Source of the DNA: Candidatus Paceibacter sp.
Lineage (GTDB): Bacteria > Patescibacteriota > Patescibacteriia > S139-126
Reading direction: 5' to 3'
NCBI GenBank assembly: GCA_020724865.1
Contig: DYGA01000001.1
Coordinates: 89,438 to 153,437, forward strand
DNA: 64,000 nucleotides
The notes under the pieces were generated by a model. That model was not told the DNA's origin. It saw only the letters and a list, made by a program, of their open reading frames with translations, and made no database searches. Positions 51,722-62,866 of this stretch are shown in pieces (positions within the stretch are counted from its first letter, which is position 1; every line of letters begins with the position of its first letter). Made by a program: the position numbers and the translations under genes.

Positions 51722-54388
51722 TTAATACCGATTCGCGTATTCCTGGGCTTCTTCAAATTTGACTGATAATAAATCCGACACACCATCTGCCCCCATGGTT
51801 ACTCCATACAAAATATCTGCTTTTTCCATAGTTGCCCGATTGTGCGTGATTACAATAAATTGAGTGTGTTTAGAAAGTTCCGAAATAATTTCAGCAAAGC
51901 GTAAAGAATTAGCTTCATCTAAAGCGGCATCAACTTCGTCTAAAACCACAAATGGCGATGGATTATTAGCAATCATAGCACAAATCAAGGCAATTGAAGT
52001 CAGGGCTCTTTCCCCACCAGATAACATAGCAATGCCTTTCATTTTTTTACCCGGAGGCGTGGCTTTAATCTCTATACCCTGAATAAATTTCTTACTATTA
52101 TAAAATTTTTTCAACTCGTCTTCTTCTTCGGCTAATTCTTTATCCAACTGATTCATTTCATCTGTTTCTAACGATGTTTCTTCTTGATTATCTTCCTCTT
52201 CATTGTTTTTTTCATCATCACTTGTCAATAACACCAATTCGGCTCGCCCGCCACTAAAAAGTATTCGAAAATATGTATTAAATAATTCGCCAATCTTCTT
52301 GAAATTTTGACTAAACTGTTTACTTATAATTTCATCAAGTTCAATAATTGTGTCTTTTAACTTGGTCATAGCTGCTGCTAAATCATCAACTTGAGCAGTT
52401 AAAAAATCATATTTTTCTTTAACTGTTTTATATTCTGCCACTGCTTCGGGTTCAATTCCACCTATCATTTCTCTTCTTTTTTTCAATTGTTCAATGCGTG
52501 CCACCAAGTCATCTTCAGTTAATTCATCTTGTAAAACCGGTGGATTTAATTTCCACATATCAACTAGGGCAGCTAAATAATCACCTAACTCGCGATGAAC
52601 CTCTATAGCCAGATCTTCTTCTTTAGCATCATATCTAGCTAATTGGGCCGTTAGCTCACCTATTTGTTGTTGTAAATTTTGCGCATTTTGTTGTGCGAAC
52701 TGGAGTTCAGCTTGTTTAGCTAATAATTTTTCTTTCTTCTGTTGTTCTATTTTATTAAACTCTTTTAAATTTTTAGTAACTACTTCGATTTTTTTATTTA
52801 TCTTAGCTATTTCATCTTTTACGCTTTTTTCTCCGGCTGATATTTCTACTTGATTACCTGGAGAAGCAACTATATGTTCAAGTTGTTGCCATTCAAGTTG
52901 TAATTCCTCTAAACGTTGTTCAATGTTGGAAATATTTGTTTCATAAATTTTTTCTGCCAAAATCAATTCATTTATTTCGTTGACTAAATTATCGCGACTA
53001 AAAATTATCTGCTGTAAAGCTTCTTTTAAGTCTTGGATCACCTGTTTATTCTTTTGAGCATCTTTAGCTGTCACTATTTCTTGAACAAAATTTTGCAAAA
53101 TTTCTTCCCACTGTGTCAAAGTGACCACGACATCTTCTTTAGATAGATCAGGTTTTTTTGACCAATCATTTCGACGTTGTTTTATTTGTTTTATAATATC
53201 GGTTAATTTTTCTTGAGCACTAACAATCAAAACATTACTATCTTGAACCTCCAATAGTTTATTTTCGATTTTTTTAAATTCATCAACCAAATTTACTTGT
53301 TCTTGTTTTTTTGCCTTTAATGTTTCCTGCAGTTGTTGATTTTTTAGTTGCCAACTGGCTAACTGCTTTTGATTTTGATCGATTTTTTCTTTTATTTCTT
53401 CTTTTTTTCTTTTTGCCCACAAAACATCATGACCTTTTGTTTGAGCAATGTCTAAATCTTTTTTTCCTTCATATATAGCTAATTGCCGCTGATATTCTTG
53501 TTTAATATTTTGCAACTTTTCATATTCTTCTTGGAGTTTGTTGTATTCTTCTTCACGTGACGCACTTAAACCCTCTTGTTTTAGTTGAGTAATCAAATTG
53601 GTAATTACTTTTTCCTGTTCTAACAACTGATCTTTAATTTGATCTCTCTTATTTTTTAGTTCCTGCTGAAGTAAAATATTTTTGTGCCACCTGTGGTAAT
53701 ATAAATAATTTTGGTAAGCTTTTAATTCTTTTTCTACTAACTCTTTTTGTTCTAATCTTCTTACCTGTTTAGTCAACATTTTCAAGTGTGGTTCCATCTC
53801 TCCGATCATCAACTTTCCTTGTTTCATATTTATATAAGCTCGTTCTAATTTGTGTAAAGCTTGGTCTCGTTTTAACTGATACTGCTTTACGCCCGTGGCC
53901 TCATCAAAAAAATCTTTTCTTTCAGTTGGCGTTGCGATTAAAACCGCATCAATTTGTCCCTGACCAATTACTGAATAAGTGCGATGACCAATGTTAGCTT
54001 TGGCCATAAGTAGTTGGATATCAGTTAAACGAGTCTTAGCGTTATTGATTAAATACTCCCCTTCACCAGATCGATAAAATCTTCTGGTAACAACTAATTC
54101 TGAATAATCTATTGGCGCACTATTATCTTCATTATTGAAAAACAAAGAAACTTCAGCCATGCCCAATCTAGCTTTTTTGTCTGACCCGGCAAAAATTACA
54201 TCAACTGACTTTTTGCCCCGAATTGATTTCATTGATTGTTCGCCCAATACCCATCTAACTGCATCAGCGATATTAGATTTACCACTACCATTGGGTCCTA
54301 CTATAGCGGTGATACCACGAACAAACTTTAATTCAACGTCTTGAGCAAATGATTTAAAACCATTTAATTTTAATTTTTCTAAATACAT
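51722..54388 (-). CDS. smc: SMC chromosome segregation ATPase (short form)
   Basis: GFKSFA, GPNGSGKSN, IGQGQI, LSGGE, LDEVDAALD, ITHN; coiled-coil middle; follows rnc. Confidence 0.92.
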   Translation of the reverse strand: MYLEKLKLNGFKSFAQDVELKFVRGITAIVGPNGSGKSNIADAVRWVLGEQSMKSIRGKKSVDVIFAGSDKKARLGMAEVSLFFNNEDNSAPIDYSELVVTRRFYRSGEGEYLINNAKTRLTDIQLLMAKANIGHRTYSVIGQGQIDAVLIATPTERKDFFDEATGVKQYQLKRDQALHKLERAYINMKQGKLMIGEMEPHLKMLTKQVRRLEQKELVEKELKAYQNYLYYHRWHKNILLQQELKNKRDQIKDQLLEQEKVITNLITQLKQEGLSASREEEYNKLQEEYEKLQNIKQEYQRQLAIYEGKKDLDIAQTKGHDVLWAKRKKEEIKEKIDQNQKQLASWQLKNQQLQETLKAKKQEQVNLVDEFKKIENKLLEVQDSNVLIVSAQEKLTDIIKQIKQRRNDWSKKPDLSKEDVVVTLTQWEEILQNFVQEIVTAKDAQKNKQVIQDLKEALQQIIFSRDNLVNEINELILAEKIYETNISNIEQRLEELQLEWQQLEHIVASPGNQVEISAGEKSVKDEIAKINKKIEVVTKNLKEFNKIEQQKKEKLLAKQAELQFAQQNAQNLQQQIGELTAQLARYDAKEEDLAIEVHRELGDYLAALVDMWKLNPPVLQDELTEDDLVARIEQLKKRREMIGGIEPEAVAEYKTVKEKYDFLTAQVDDLAAAMTKLKDTIIELDEIISKQFSQNFKKIGELFNTYFRILFSGGRAELVLLTSDDEKNNEEEDNQEETSLETDEMNQLDKELAEEEDELKKFYNSKKFIQGIEIKATPPGKKMKGIAMLSGGERALTSIALICAMIANNPSPFVVLDEVDAALDEANSLRFAEIISELSKHTQFIVITHNRATMEKADILYGVTMGADGVSDLLSVKFEEAQEYANRY

Positions 54389-54395
54389 TTATAAA

Positions 54396-54878
54396 TTAAC
54401 TTAAAATCTGCCACAAAAAAACACTAAGCAAAGAAATACCAATAATTAGTTTTACAAAACTACCAGTCATCAAACCTAAAAAAGTTCCCCAAGTAGCTCT
54501 GACAGCTAAAGGGTGGGGTTTACCATCAATTAATTCGCCAACAAAAGCACCAACAATCGGTCCTAAAAATAGTCCTGGAAAACTAAACACAACAGAACCA
54601 AACAATGCCCCCAAAATTGCTCCCCAAAAACCTGATTTAGAAGCGCCATATTTTTTAGCGCCAATAGCACCAGCTGAAATATCCAATAAAATTGTGGCAA
54701 AAACAATTATTCCAAAAACAACAATAGAAGTTAGAGTAACCTTGTCCCAGTCGGTTAAAAAACCGTAAATAACATAACCTATATACATCAGGGGGAGACC
54801 AGGGATAAATGGAACAACTATACCAACCAAACCAACAATCATAATGGCTAAGGCCAATAAAATAAAAAATATATTCAT
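54396..54878 (-). CDS. DUF456-like membrane protein
   Basis: VPFIPGLPL, GAKKYGASK, GPIVGAFVGEL. Confidence 0.85.
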   Translation of the reverse strand: MNIFFILLALAIMIVGLVGIVVPFIPGLPLMYIGYVIYGFLTDWDKVTLTSIVVFGIIVFATILLDISAGAIGAKKYGASKSGFWGAILGALFGSVVFSFPGLFLGPIVGAFVGELIDGKPHPLAVRATWGTFLGLMTGSFVKLIIGISLLSVFLWQILS

Positions 54879-54881
54879 AAT

Positions 54882-55622
54882 TTATGAATTCATTTTATTT
54901 AACGCTTCTTGAGCAGCGGCAACCTGAGCTTCTTGTTTGCTGTGACCCTGACCTTTAGCTATTAATTCACCATCAACAAATACGCCGATTTCAAACAACT
55001 TATTGTGATCGGGTCCTTCTTCTTTTAAAACTTTATATTGTGGTGTTACTCCTTTTTTTTCTTGAATCAGTTCTTGAAAACGAGTCTTGGGATCAATATA
55101 TAAATCGTTAGCCAAAATGTAATCTAATTTACTAATTATATAATTTTTGACAAATTTAGCTGCCTGTTCATAACCTCGATCCAAATAAATTGCTCCTATA
55201 ATTGCTTCAATAGCGTTGGCCAAAATAAAGTTTCTGGCCTTGCCACTTTTATCTTTTGCTTCGCCTTTAGACAAATATAAATATTTTTCTAATTGTATTT
55301 CTTTAGCCACTTCAGCGCAACGCGTAGCATTTACTAAACTAGCCCGCCAATTTGTCAATTCGCCTTCAGGGTTATCAAAATGATGATACAAATAATCAGT
55401 CACTACTAATTCCAAAACCGCATCGCCCAAAAATTCTAAACGTTCATTGTGAGGTAAATGAAATTTAGGATGCTCATTAAGATAAGAGCGGTGGACTAAA
55501 GCTTGTCGCAGTAAATCTTGATTGATAAATTTTATACCAATTATTCTTTCCAAAGAGTCAAGTTCGCGCATAATCTTTTGACCAGATTGATTGGTAAATA
55601 TTTCTCCCAATGGGAGACGCAT
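54882..55622 (-). CDS. rnc: Ribonuclease III
   Basis: HRSY, NERLEFLGDAVL, dsRBD DPKTRFQELIQ. Confidence 0.97.
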   Translation of the reverse strand: MRLPLGEIFTNQSGQKIMRELDSLERIIGIKFINQDLLRQALVHRSYLNEHPKFHLPHNERLEFLGDAVLELVVTDYLYHHFDNPEGELTNWRASLVNATRCAEVAKEIQLEKYLYLSKGEAKDKSGKARNFILANAIEAIIGAIYLDRGYEQAAKFVKNYIISKLDYILANDLYIDPKTRFQELIQEKKGVTPQYKVLKEEGPDHNKLFEIGVFVDGELIAKGQGHSKQEAQVAAAQEALNKMNS

Positions 55623-55637
55623 TTACCAAGCAAAGGG

Positions 55638-56516
55638 CTAAGTATTAATAATTATATTTTTTGCTTTTTGCCATAATTCTTTAGCCTGATCATAGCCTAA
55701 TATATCAGCCACCTCATCATAATCATACCATTTTGCGTCTTTCATTTCACCTACATTCTGAGCTGGTGATAATTCGCTATCTTTAGCTTCAATTAAATAC
55801 ATGTAAACTGTTTTAGGATAGGGTTGAATATTGGGCTCTCTTACCACCAATTCCAATTCTCCGATTTTTTCACCAACAATCAAATCTTTCAATCCTAACT
55901 CTTCACCAATTTCTCTTTTCACTGCTGCAATTGGATCCTCATTGGGTTTAATTCTGCCCTTGGAAAAGGTCCACCGACCGTGACCATCTAATATCAAAGC
56001 TACCTTTATACTGCCATCTTCAAAACGGCGCCAAACGATTCCTCCAGCAGAAAACTGGCGCTCTCCTAAAACCGGTTGATCCATACCTTGTTTTTCGCCT
56101 TTTTCTTGCATGACTTTATAAATAGAGCCTAACACACCATTAACAAACTTACCTGAAGAATCTCCTCCAAAACTTTTTGCCAATTCAATTGACTCGTTGA
56201 TGGCGACTTTGGGCGGAATATTTGGAGAAAATTTAAGTTCATAAATTCCTAACCGTAAAACATTTCTATCAATACCAGTTATTTGATCTAAAGGCCATTC
56301 CGGAGCATAACTTACTATTAATTTATCAATTTCAGCTAGTTTTTCTACTGTTCCGTATAATAAATTTCTCGCAAATCCTTGATCATCAAAATCAGGAGCA
56401 AATTCTTTAAAATTATAATCCAATATCTGATCCAATCTTCCTTTGGGCATGCCATGAAAATCCCATTCAAATAATGATTGTAAGGCTAAGGTACGAGCTA
56501 GATGACGATTGGACAT
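55638..56516 (-). CDS. nusB: NusB antitermination factor fused to a C-terminal NUDIX hydrolase
   Basis: RHLARTLALQSLF, IDRNVLR, VAINESIELAK, FVNGVLG, then Nudix box GRIKPNEDPIAAVKREIGEELGL. Confidence 0.92.
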   Translation of the reverse strand: MSNRHLARTLALQSLFEWDFHGMPKGRLDQILDYNFKEFAPDFDDQGFARNLLYGTVEKLAEIDKLIVSYAPEWPLDQITGIDRNVLRLGIYELKFSPNIPPKVAINESIELAKSFGGDSSGKFVNGVLGSIYKVMQEKGEKQGMDQPVLGERQFSAGGIVWRRFEDGSIKVALILDGHGRWTFSKGRIKPNEDPIAAVKREIGEELGLKDLIVGEKIGELELVVREPNIQPYPKTVYMYLIEAKDSELSPAQNVGEMKDAKWYDYDEVADILGYDQAKELWQKAKNIIINT

Positions 56517-56521
56517 AACTT

Positions 56522-56728
56522 TTAAATTTTGGCTTTACTATTTTTTTTCGGAAAAGAGATTTTAATAATCTCCTTCCCCTTATAAAATCCACAATTTTTA
56601 CATACTCGATGAGGACGTACTGGATTACCACAATTTGGACATTTACCTAATTGTAAGTTTGACTTTCCCTGCTGGGATCGTCTCCGACGGCCTTTACTTC
56701 GAGACAGTCTTTTTGCTGGAACACTCAT
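56522..56728 (-). CDS. rpmF: 50S ribosomal protein L32
   Basis: MSVPAKRLSRS, CPNCG...PHRVCKNCGFYKG. Confidence 0.96.
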   Translation of the reverse strand: MSVPAKRLSRSKGRRRRSQQGKSNLQLGKCPNCGNPVRPHRVCKNCGFYKGKEIIKISFPKKNSKAKI

Positions 56729-56834
56729 AATTTTTTTATTAATTAAAACTATTCAATAACATACCAGAAAAATACCTTTTTTGTCAAAAAAACCGCTGTA
56801 CTGAACAGCGGTTCAATAAACATGCTTATAACTT

Positions 56835-57821
56835 CTATTTATTAATTTTTTTCTTTTCCTGCCAATACCATAAATATAACAAAACCGTAGCCACTCCCAA
56901 TATAAATAAACCTGTATAACGATTTCTGCTTTCCCGTTCTTGATTTTGTTCGGTAACTATTGTATCTTGATTTGTCTCACTAATACTAGAAACTTCTTCA
57001 CTAGTAGATTCTAACACTTTGGCTTTTAAATTATCGCTGCCAGTTTGAGTTAAGATTTCAACTTGAGCATCGGATTTTTCTTCAACAATCTTAACCGTAC
57101 CGGAAGCTGGTTGATCAATTACTTGATTTGTAACCGTGTTTAAACTATCATCACTATCTTCAATTTCGCCTTTGGTTATTTTTTGTTGTTCTGTTTTAAA
57201 ATTTATAATTTCACTTTTTTTACTAGGTTTTCCGCTTGCATCATAAGCCACCGCATATACCTCATGAACTCCATTCAATAAATTTCTGGCTTTGAACCAA
57301 AAATTAGTTGTTCCTGAAGGATGGTTAGGAACAGCAAAATCAGCCGCTAAATTTCCGTCAATATATATTTTTACCACCGAATCGTTTTTGATTAAACCCT
57401 TAATTAAAATATAATCAGTAAAATCTTCTGGGGCAAATAAAGTTGGGGCCGGCGTGGGTGGACTGACTTTATAACCAATAATACCTCCTAAATCAGAAAA
57501 TTCATTATTATATTTTCCTCTTACTCTAAACTCATGCCACCCTAAAGGCAAATCTTCTTGTGGAGACCAACCAAAACTGGCCGTTCCTGAACTGTCTTTA
57601 ACCACTTTGGCAAAACCTTGGGAAACTTCGTCCATAAAAACTTCTACCTCAACTTCATTGGGCGTCCAACCAATAACCCAAGGTCGATAAGAATTATCTG
57701 CTGAGTGCACGACATTATAAATTTGCGGGATAGGAACTTTAGCCTGCGCAATCTGTGCTGAAAAAACTAAAAACAAAAATAATGGTAAAACTAAATAAAA
57801 ACTAAAAAAATATTTCTTCAT
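56835..57821 (-). CDS. Membrane-anchored surface protein with two Ig-like domains
   Basis: Signal peptide ending in AQA, two beta-rich repeats (SGTASF / SGTTNF...GxH), low-complexity stalk, C-terminal TM and basic tail. Confidence 0.8.
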   Translation of the reverse strand: MKKYFFSFYLVLPLFLFLVFSAQIAQAKVPIPQIYNVVHSADNSYRPWVIGWTPNEVEVEVFMDEVSQGFAKVVKDSSGTASFGWSPQEDLPLGWHEFRVRGKYNNEFSDLGGIIGYKVSPPTPAPTLFAPEDFTDYILIKGLIKNDSVVKIYIDGNLAADFAVPNHPSGTTNFWFKARNLLNGVHEVYAVAYDASGKPSKKSEIINFKTEQQKITKGEIEDSDDSLNTVTNQVIDQPASGTVKIVEEKSDAQVEILTQTGSDNLKAKVLESTSEEVSSISETNQDTIVTEQNQERESRNRYTGLFILGVATVLLYLWYWQEKKKINK

Positions 57822-57913
57822 AAAAAAACATACATAGTTAAGATTTTATTTATGAATTTTAATTTTTTTAGATAATTGCTACAAGTAGAAAAAATGTTGA
57901 AAAACTGTGTAAT

Positions 57914-58360
57914 TCAATTTAAACTGACATTCTCAAAATATTTTATTTTTACTTTTTTCTCAATTTTATCCAAAAATACACTGCAGACATCTATTTGAAA
58001 ATTTACTTTATTTAGCCATCCTTTGTTTTGCATAAAAATATATGAGCTTCTTTGTAAATTTTGCAATTTGTATTTATGAACTGCTTCGTAAGGTTCGCCC
58101 CAATCGCGAGAAGTTCTGGTTTTAACCTCAACAATTCTTACTCCTTGATCATTTCTGGCTACCAAGTCAATTTCTCCCAAACGGGTGAAATAATTTTCGG
58201 CAATTATTTCAAATTTATTTTTCAGTAAATAATATTTTGCCGCCTGTTGTCCATATAATCCTAATTTTTGTTTATAATTCAATTTGTCAAAATCTTCTCT
58301 AGATAAAAAATCAGCCAGTTTAAAACTGGCTGGCATTAAATTTGTTTCAAAAAATTTCAT
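57914..58360 (-). CDS. yraN: YraN family nuclease-like protein
   Basis: LGLYGQQAA, NYFTRLGEIDLVA, VEVKTR. Confidence 0.9.
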   Translation of the reverse strand: MKFFETNLMPASFKLADFLSREDFDKLNYKQKLGLYGQQAAKYYLLKNKFEIIAENYFTRLGEIDLVARNDQGVRIVEVKTRTSRDWGEPYEAVHKYKLQNLQRSSYIFMQNKGWLNKVNFQIDVCSVFLDKIEKKVKIKYFENVSLN

Positions 58361-58761
58361 TTTCGTCCGGGTAAATATTGACCATAAATAGCAGTGCGTT
58401 CTAAATTAATTTTTTCTTCTTTTCTTTTACGAACAAAATATTTTACAATAAACGCCAACCAAATAAATGCAGTTAGAAAAATTATCAACAACCAAAAGCG
58501 CGAAGAAAAAAATGGAACTAATTGTTGCCGCATAAACCAATAGATAACCGCCAATACAGATAAAGTTAATAAGCAGTTGCTTAATTTAATCAACGTTTTT
58601 TTTACTACACCTTTATTATTATTTTTATAAATAAAATAAACTTTCAGCAAAAAGCTAACAAACAATACGGTCAAAGAAATAATCAGAAAAATATTTCCTG
58701 TCCGACCCCAAACCGATGGGTATAGTTCAAACCAATAAGTAATATCTAAATATTTATTCAT
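58357..58761 (-). CDS. Three-TM membrane protein
   Basis: Hydrophobic helices, RQQLVPFFSSRFW, C-terminal QYLP. Confidence 0.75.
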   Translation of the reverse strand: MNKYLDITYWFELYPSVWGRTGNIFLIISLTVLFVSFLLKVYFIYKNNNKGVVKKTLIKLSNCLLTLSVLAVIYWFMRQQLVPFFSSRFWLLIIFLTAFIWLAFIVKYFVRKRKEEKINLERTAIYGQYLPGRK

Positions 58762-58773
58762 CGTGTTAATATT

Positions 58774-59331
58774 TTAGTTTATTTTCTCATATAACAACCC
58801 GTAATGATACTCGCCGGGAACAAATTCTTCTAATAATTTTAATTGATTATTATTATTTAACAAATTTTTTATCTCTTCAACTCCAACTCTTTGATTTAAT
58901 GGCGGACCAAGAGGAATATTATTTTTTTTCCAATCTATTATCAATAATTTTCCTCCGGGTTTTAAAAAACGTATGGCTTCTTGTAAAAAATTCTGTCTGT
59001 GCTGTGACTGATATAAGGCATGAATAACTAAAACAAAATCCAATAAACCAACGGGTATCTTGGTAGCTCCCAATATCTCTAAATTAGACCAAACCGTTTT
59101 TATATTTAAAAGATTGTGCCTTTGGGCCTCACGTTTAATAGTCTCTAAACAAGATTTCATTATATCAACCGCATAAACCTGACCATGACCACCAACTATC
59201 TGAGCAGCGGTTAGGGTAAAATAACCATTACCACAACCTAAATCAGCTATTTTCATACCCTTTTCTAATCCGATGTGTTTTAAAATCTCTAATGGGTTTA
59301 ATAATTTTGTTCCAGTAGCTACATTGGTCAT
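58774..59331 (-). CDS. Class I SAM-dependent methyltransferase
   Basis: IADLGCGNG, VYAVDI, LKPGGKLLIIDW. Confidence 0.9.
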   Translation of the reverse strand: MTNVATGTKLLNPLEILKHIGLEKGMKIADLGCGNGYFTLTAAQIVGGHGQVYAVDIMKSCLETIKREAQRHNLLNIKTVWSNLEILGATKIPVGLLDFVLVIHALYQSQHRQNFLQEAIRFLKPGGKLLIIDWKKNNIPLGPPLNQRVGVEEIKNLLNNNNQLKLLEEFVPGEYHYGLLYEKIN

Positions 59332-59393
59332 AATGTTCTGGTAATTTTAATCAATTTAATTTTAACAAAAAACAAAAAAAAATAACAGATTAT

Positions 59394-60023
59394 TTAATTA
59401 AACTTAATATTACTTAAAAAACTAATTCGATGCTGATTACTAATACCATATTTTTTTATTGCTTGTAAGTGTTCTGCAGTACCATAGCCTTTATGTTTAG
59501 CAAACTGCCAGCGATTATCCTTCAGATCTAAACTTTTCATTAAATTATCTCTATACACTTTGGCTATAATTGAAGCAGCGGCTACTGAAAAAAAATTACT
59601 ATCGGCTCTTATAATACCTTGATTTGCTACTACTAAGGGTAGGTCCTGCCAAAAATCAACCAAAACAAAATCGGCTTGTTTTTTTAAATTTTTAAAAGCT
59701 CTAAGCAAAGCTTTGTGGTTAGCCTTATTTATGCCTATTTTTTCTATCTCGGCCACAGTTACCACACCGACCGACCATATTAAATTTTTAATTATAGTTT
59801 TATATAATAATTGTCTTAGCTGAGGATTCAATTTTTTCGAATCATTAACTTTCTGTAATAAATAATTTTCCTTTTTTCTTAAATCTAAACCATCTTCAAT
59901 CAACACACAGCCGGCTACTATGGGACCAGCCCAAGCCCCTCTACCGGCTTCATCCAAGCCGGCTATTTTCTTATAGCCTAATCTAATTAATTTTCTTTCT
60001 TTATTTAAATTCATTTTAATCAA
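59394..60023 (-). CDS. rnhB: Ribonuclease HII
   Basis: GLDEAGRGAWAGP, DSKKL, AAASIIAKVYRD, HKGYGT, HRISF. Confidence 0.96.
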   Translation of the reverse strand: MIKMNLNKERKLIRLGYKKIAGLDEAGRGAWAGPIVAGCVLIEDGLDLRKKENYLLQKVNDSKKLNPQLRQLLYKTIIKNLIWSVGVVTVAEIEKIGINKANHKALLRAFKNLKKQADFVLVDFWQDLPLVVANQGIIRADSNFFSVAAASIIAKVYRDNLMKSLDLKDNRWQFAKHKGYGTAEHLQAIKKYGISNQHRISFLSNIKFN

Positions 60024-60464
60024 ATGTATACAATTTGTGTATAAAATACTAATAAACTAATAATAACTTATGTATAAAAATATCAACAACGGTGTATAAA
60101 TTGAAAACAATTATTTTTATGTGTTTTTTAGCTAATATTAAATAAAAAAATAATATTGACCAACTTTATTTCTCAAGTTAAATTTAATTTGGAGAAATTT
60201 TTTTCTTTTTCATGATTATGAAATTTAAAAAACAATTCAAGATAATTTTTGTTTGGCGCAGGCGCTACCGCCAACATGTTAGATCTTGGCATAACAGTCT
60301 ATTTTATAAAAATAAAACCACTGCACCGCTTAATCAATACTTTTCTTGGAAGCAAAAAGCGGCTATCAACAACCACCGTGGTATTGGCAACGCTCTTCAC
60401 AAAGTTTAAAAAATAACAAGCCCTTGTGACTAAACTTTTTAGTTTGGCATGAGCTAAAATGTCC

Positions 60465-60537
60465 CTAGTCATAAGAGTTTGTGCAAAAAGCAGGGCAACA
60501 AGCATGGGGAATAAATGCACTCTAGCCCTGTTTTTTG
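60465..60537 (+). ncRNA. Candidate small RNA sharing a motif with 35755-35900
   Basis: -10-like TAAAAT at 60455-60; stem CAGGGC/GCCCTG plus a T-tract enclosing ACAAGCATGGGGA. Confidence 0.4.
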
Positions 60538-60591
60538 TTATCTAAAAAAGCCATTAGTTTGTCTAATGACTTTTTTATATTTAAAAAATGG

Positions 60592-61857
60592 TTATTGTTT
60601 TGCTTTCATGCTGTCTACAATTCTTTGCACCGCCAAAATAAACGAAGCGGTTCTTAAATCAACTTGTTCATCCTGTTGAATCTGCCAAATATCAGTAAAA
60701 GCATGTTGCATAATTTGACCAAGTTTTTGATTTACTTCTTTTTCTGTCCAATATTGGTTCTGTTGATTTTGTAACCATTCAAAATAAGAAACAGTTACTC
60801 CACCAGCATTTGCTAAAACGTCAGGAACGATTATTTTTTTCTTTTTTAATAATTTTTTTTCGGCTAACGGAGAAACTCCACCGTTGGCCATTTCTAATAT
60901 TATCTTTGCCTTAATTTTATTTACATTTTTTTCATTAACAGCGTTTTCCAAAGCAGCGGGCACAATAATATCAACTGGTAATTCAAGTATTTCTTGATTA
61001 GAAATGCTTGGATAATTTTTACAATCACACACGCTACCAATACAATAACAACCATTTTTAAACCCTTTCTCTTTTTTTTGCTTAATTAAATTGTCTGGAT
61101 CCATGCCTTTTAATTTTTTGTCAAATATTCCGCCTTGGGAATCAGAAACCGCTACAATTCGCCAACCAGCTTGGTGTAAATATTTAGCAATATAATAACC
61201 CACATTACCAAAACCTTGAATGGCTATGGTGGATTTTTTTGGATTTAATTTTAACTTTTTGGCTAAATCTGAAAATATATAAAACCCTCCTAAACCAGTG
61301 GCTTCAGTCCTGCCCAAAGAACCTCCGTAAGCCAAGGGTTTGCCAGTAACCACGCCCAAATTACCATCACCTTTTAATTGGTTGTATTCATCTGCCATCC
61401 AAGCCATTATTTGCGGATTGGTATTGACGTCGGGCGCTGGTATATCAAGATTAGGACCAATAAAATCTTTAAAAGCTCTAATATAACCACGAGATAACCT
61501 TTCTAATTCATAAACAGATAATTTTTTAGGATCAACGGTTATTCCGCCCTTACCTCCACCTAAAGGAATGTCTACTACCGCAGTTTTTATCGCCATCCAA
61601 AAAGATAGGGCTTTAACTTCATTTAAATTGGTTTGGGGATGAAATCTAATTCCGCCTTTAAAGGGACCGCGAGCATTATTGTATTGAACCCGATAACCGG
61701 TAAAAACTTTAATTCTACCGTCATCCATTCTAATCGGAATAGCAGCTTCTAAAATACGTTGCGGCTGTTTTAATTGCTCCAAAATATCTGCCGATATATT
61801 TAAATATTTCTCTATATTTTGTAGCTGAACAAGAGCATTCTTAAATAAATTTGTCAT
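60592..61857 (-). CDS. gdhA: Glu/Leu/Phe/Val dehydrogenase (glutamate dehydrogenase)
   Basis: [43 protein letters not shown]. Confidence 0.93.
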   Translation of the reverse strand: MTNLFKNALVQLQNIEKYLNISADILEQLKQPQRILEAAIPIRMDDGRIKVFTGYRVQYNNARGPFKGGIRFHPQTNLNEVKALSFWMAIKTAVVDIPLGGGKGGITVDPKKLSVYELERLSRGYIRAFKDFIGPNLDIPAPDVNTNPQIMAWMADEYNQLKGDGNLGVVTGKPLAYGGSLGRTEATGLGGFYIFSDLAKKLKLNPKKSTIAIQGFGNVGYYIAKYLHQAGWRIVAVSDSQGGIFDKKLKGMDPDNLIKQKKEKGFKNGCYCIGSVCDCKNYPSISNQEILELPVDIIVPAALENAVNEKNVNKIKAKIILEMANGGVSPLAEKKLLKKKKIIVPDVLANAGGVTVSYFEWLQNQQNQYWTEKEVNQKLGQIMQHAFTDIWQIQQDEQVDLRTASFILAVQRIVDSMKAKQ

Positions 61858-61869
61858 ATTATTAGTTTA

Positions 61870-62847
61870 TTATTTTTTGGCTGTTCCCCAATCTATACTA
61901 GTGCCTTTTATACCTTTAGTTTGCTGAAGATACTTATAAGCTTGCAGGGCGGCTTTGGCGCCTTCGCCGCCAGAAATAATTATTTGTTTATATTCAATAT
62001 CGGTAACGTCACCAGCAGCAAAAATTCCCGGGGTCTTAGTTTCGCAATTTTTATTGGTTTTAATCTGTTTATGATCGTCAAATTCTACCAAATCACCTAC
62101 CCATTCAGTTTTAGCAATATGCCCTATCTCTACAAACAAACCATCAACTGACAAATCTTTCAACGGCTGATTGTTTGTATCTACAAGCTCAATAGCTTCA
62201 ACTTTATTATTTCCTTTTATTCTAGCTATATTTGTGTTATATAAAATTTCTATATTAGAAATTTTTTTTACCCTATCAACTAAAATTTCATCGCCTCGAA
62301 ATTTATCACGACGATGAATTAAATAAACTTTTTTGGCTATTCTTGAAAGATATTCGGCGGCATCAAGCGCGCTATTTCCGCCGCCGATGACCGCAACATT
62401 TTTTTCTTTGAACAATGGTCCATCGCAAGTAGCGCAATAAGAAACTCCGCGTCCCTTTAATTCTTCCTCGCCAGGAACGCCAAGATCGCGCGGCGTTAAA
62501 CCAAAAGCCAAAATTATTGCCGCTGCTCTATACTGGTTGCTGTTAGTTGTAATAATAAAATCTCCGCCGTCTTTTTCTATTTTTTTAGCTTCTTCTGACT
62601 TCAGAATTGCACCAAATTTTTTTGCGTCTGCCAAAAAACGATTCATTAAATCAAAACCGTCTACTAAACCAACTCCGGGGTAATTTTCAATTTCTGTTGT
62701 TAAAGCAGCTTGCCCACCAACGTCTTTAGAAATAATTAGAGTTTTTAAAGCCCGCCTTGAAGTATAAATTGCAGCTGTCAATCCGGCTGCTCCAGCACCG
62801 ACAATAATAACATCAAAATATTCAGGAACACTTGTTTTACTATTCAT
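61870..62847 (-). CDS. trxB: Thioredoxin reductase
   Basis: [31 protein letters not shown]. Confidence 0.96.
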   Translation of the reverse strand: MNSKTSVPEYFDVIIVGAGAAGLTAAIYTSRRALKTLIISKDVGGQAALTTEIENYPGVGLVDGFDLMNRFLADAKKFGAILKSEEAKKIEKDGGDFIITTNSNQYRAAAIILAFGLTPRDLGVPGEEELKGRGVSYCATCDGPLFKEKNVAVIGGGNSALDAAEYLSRIAKKVYLIHRRDKFRGDEILVDRVKKISNIEILYNTNIARIKGNNKVEAIELVDTNNQPLKDLSVDGLFVEIGHIAKTEWVGDLVEFDDHKQIKTNKNCETKTPGIFAAGDVTDIEYKQIIISGGEGAKAALQAYKYLQQTKGIKGTSIDWGTAKK

Positions 62848-62866
62848 AAATATGATTTTATATGGC

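Noticed and set aside
60212-60520. ORFs 60212-60409(+) and 60299-60520(-)
   Set aside because: No recognisable motifs or SD, and they overlap each other; cannot be supported, though the plus ORF is not excluded.
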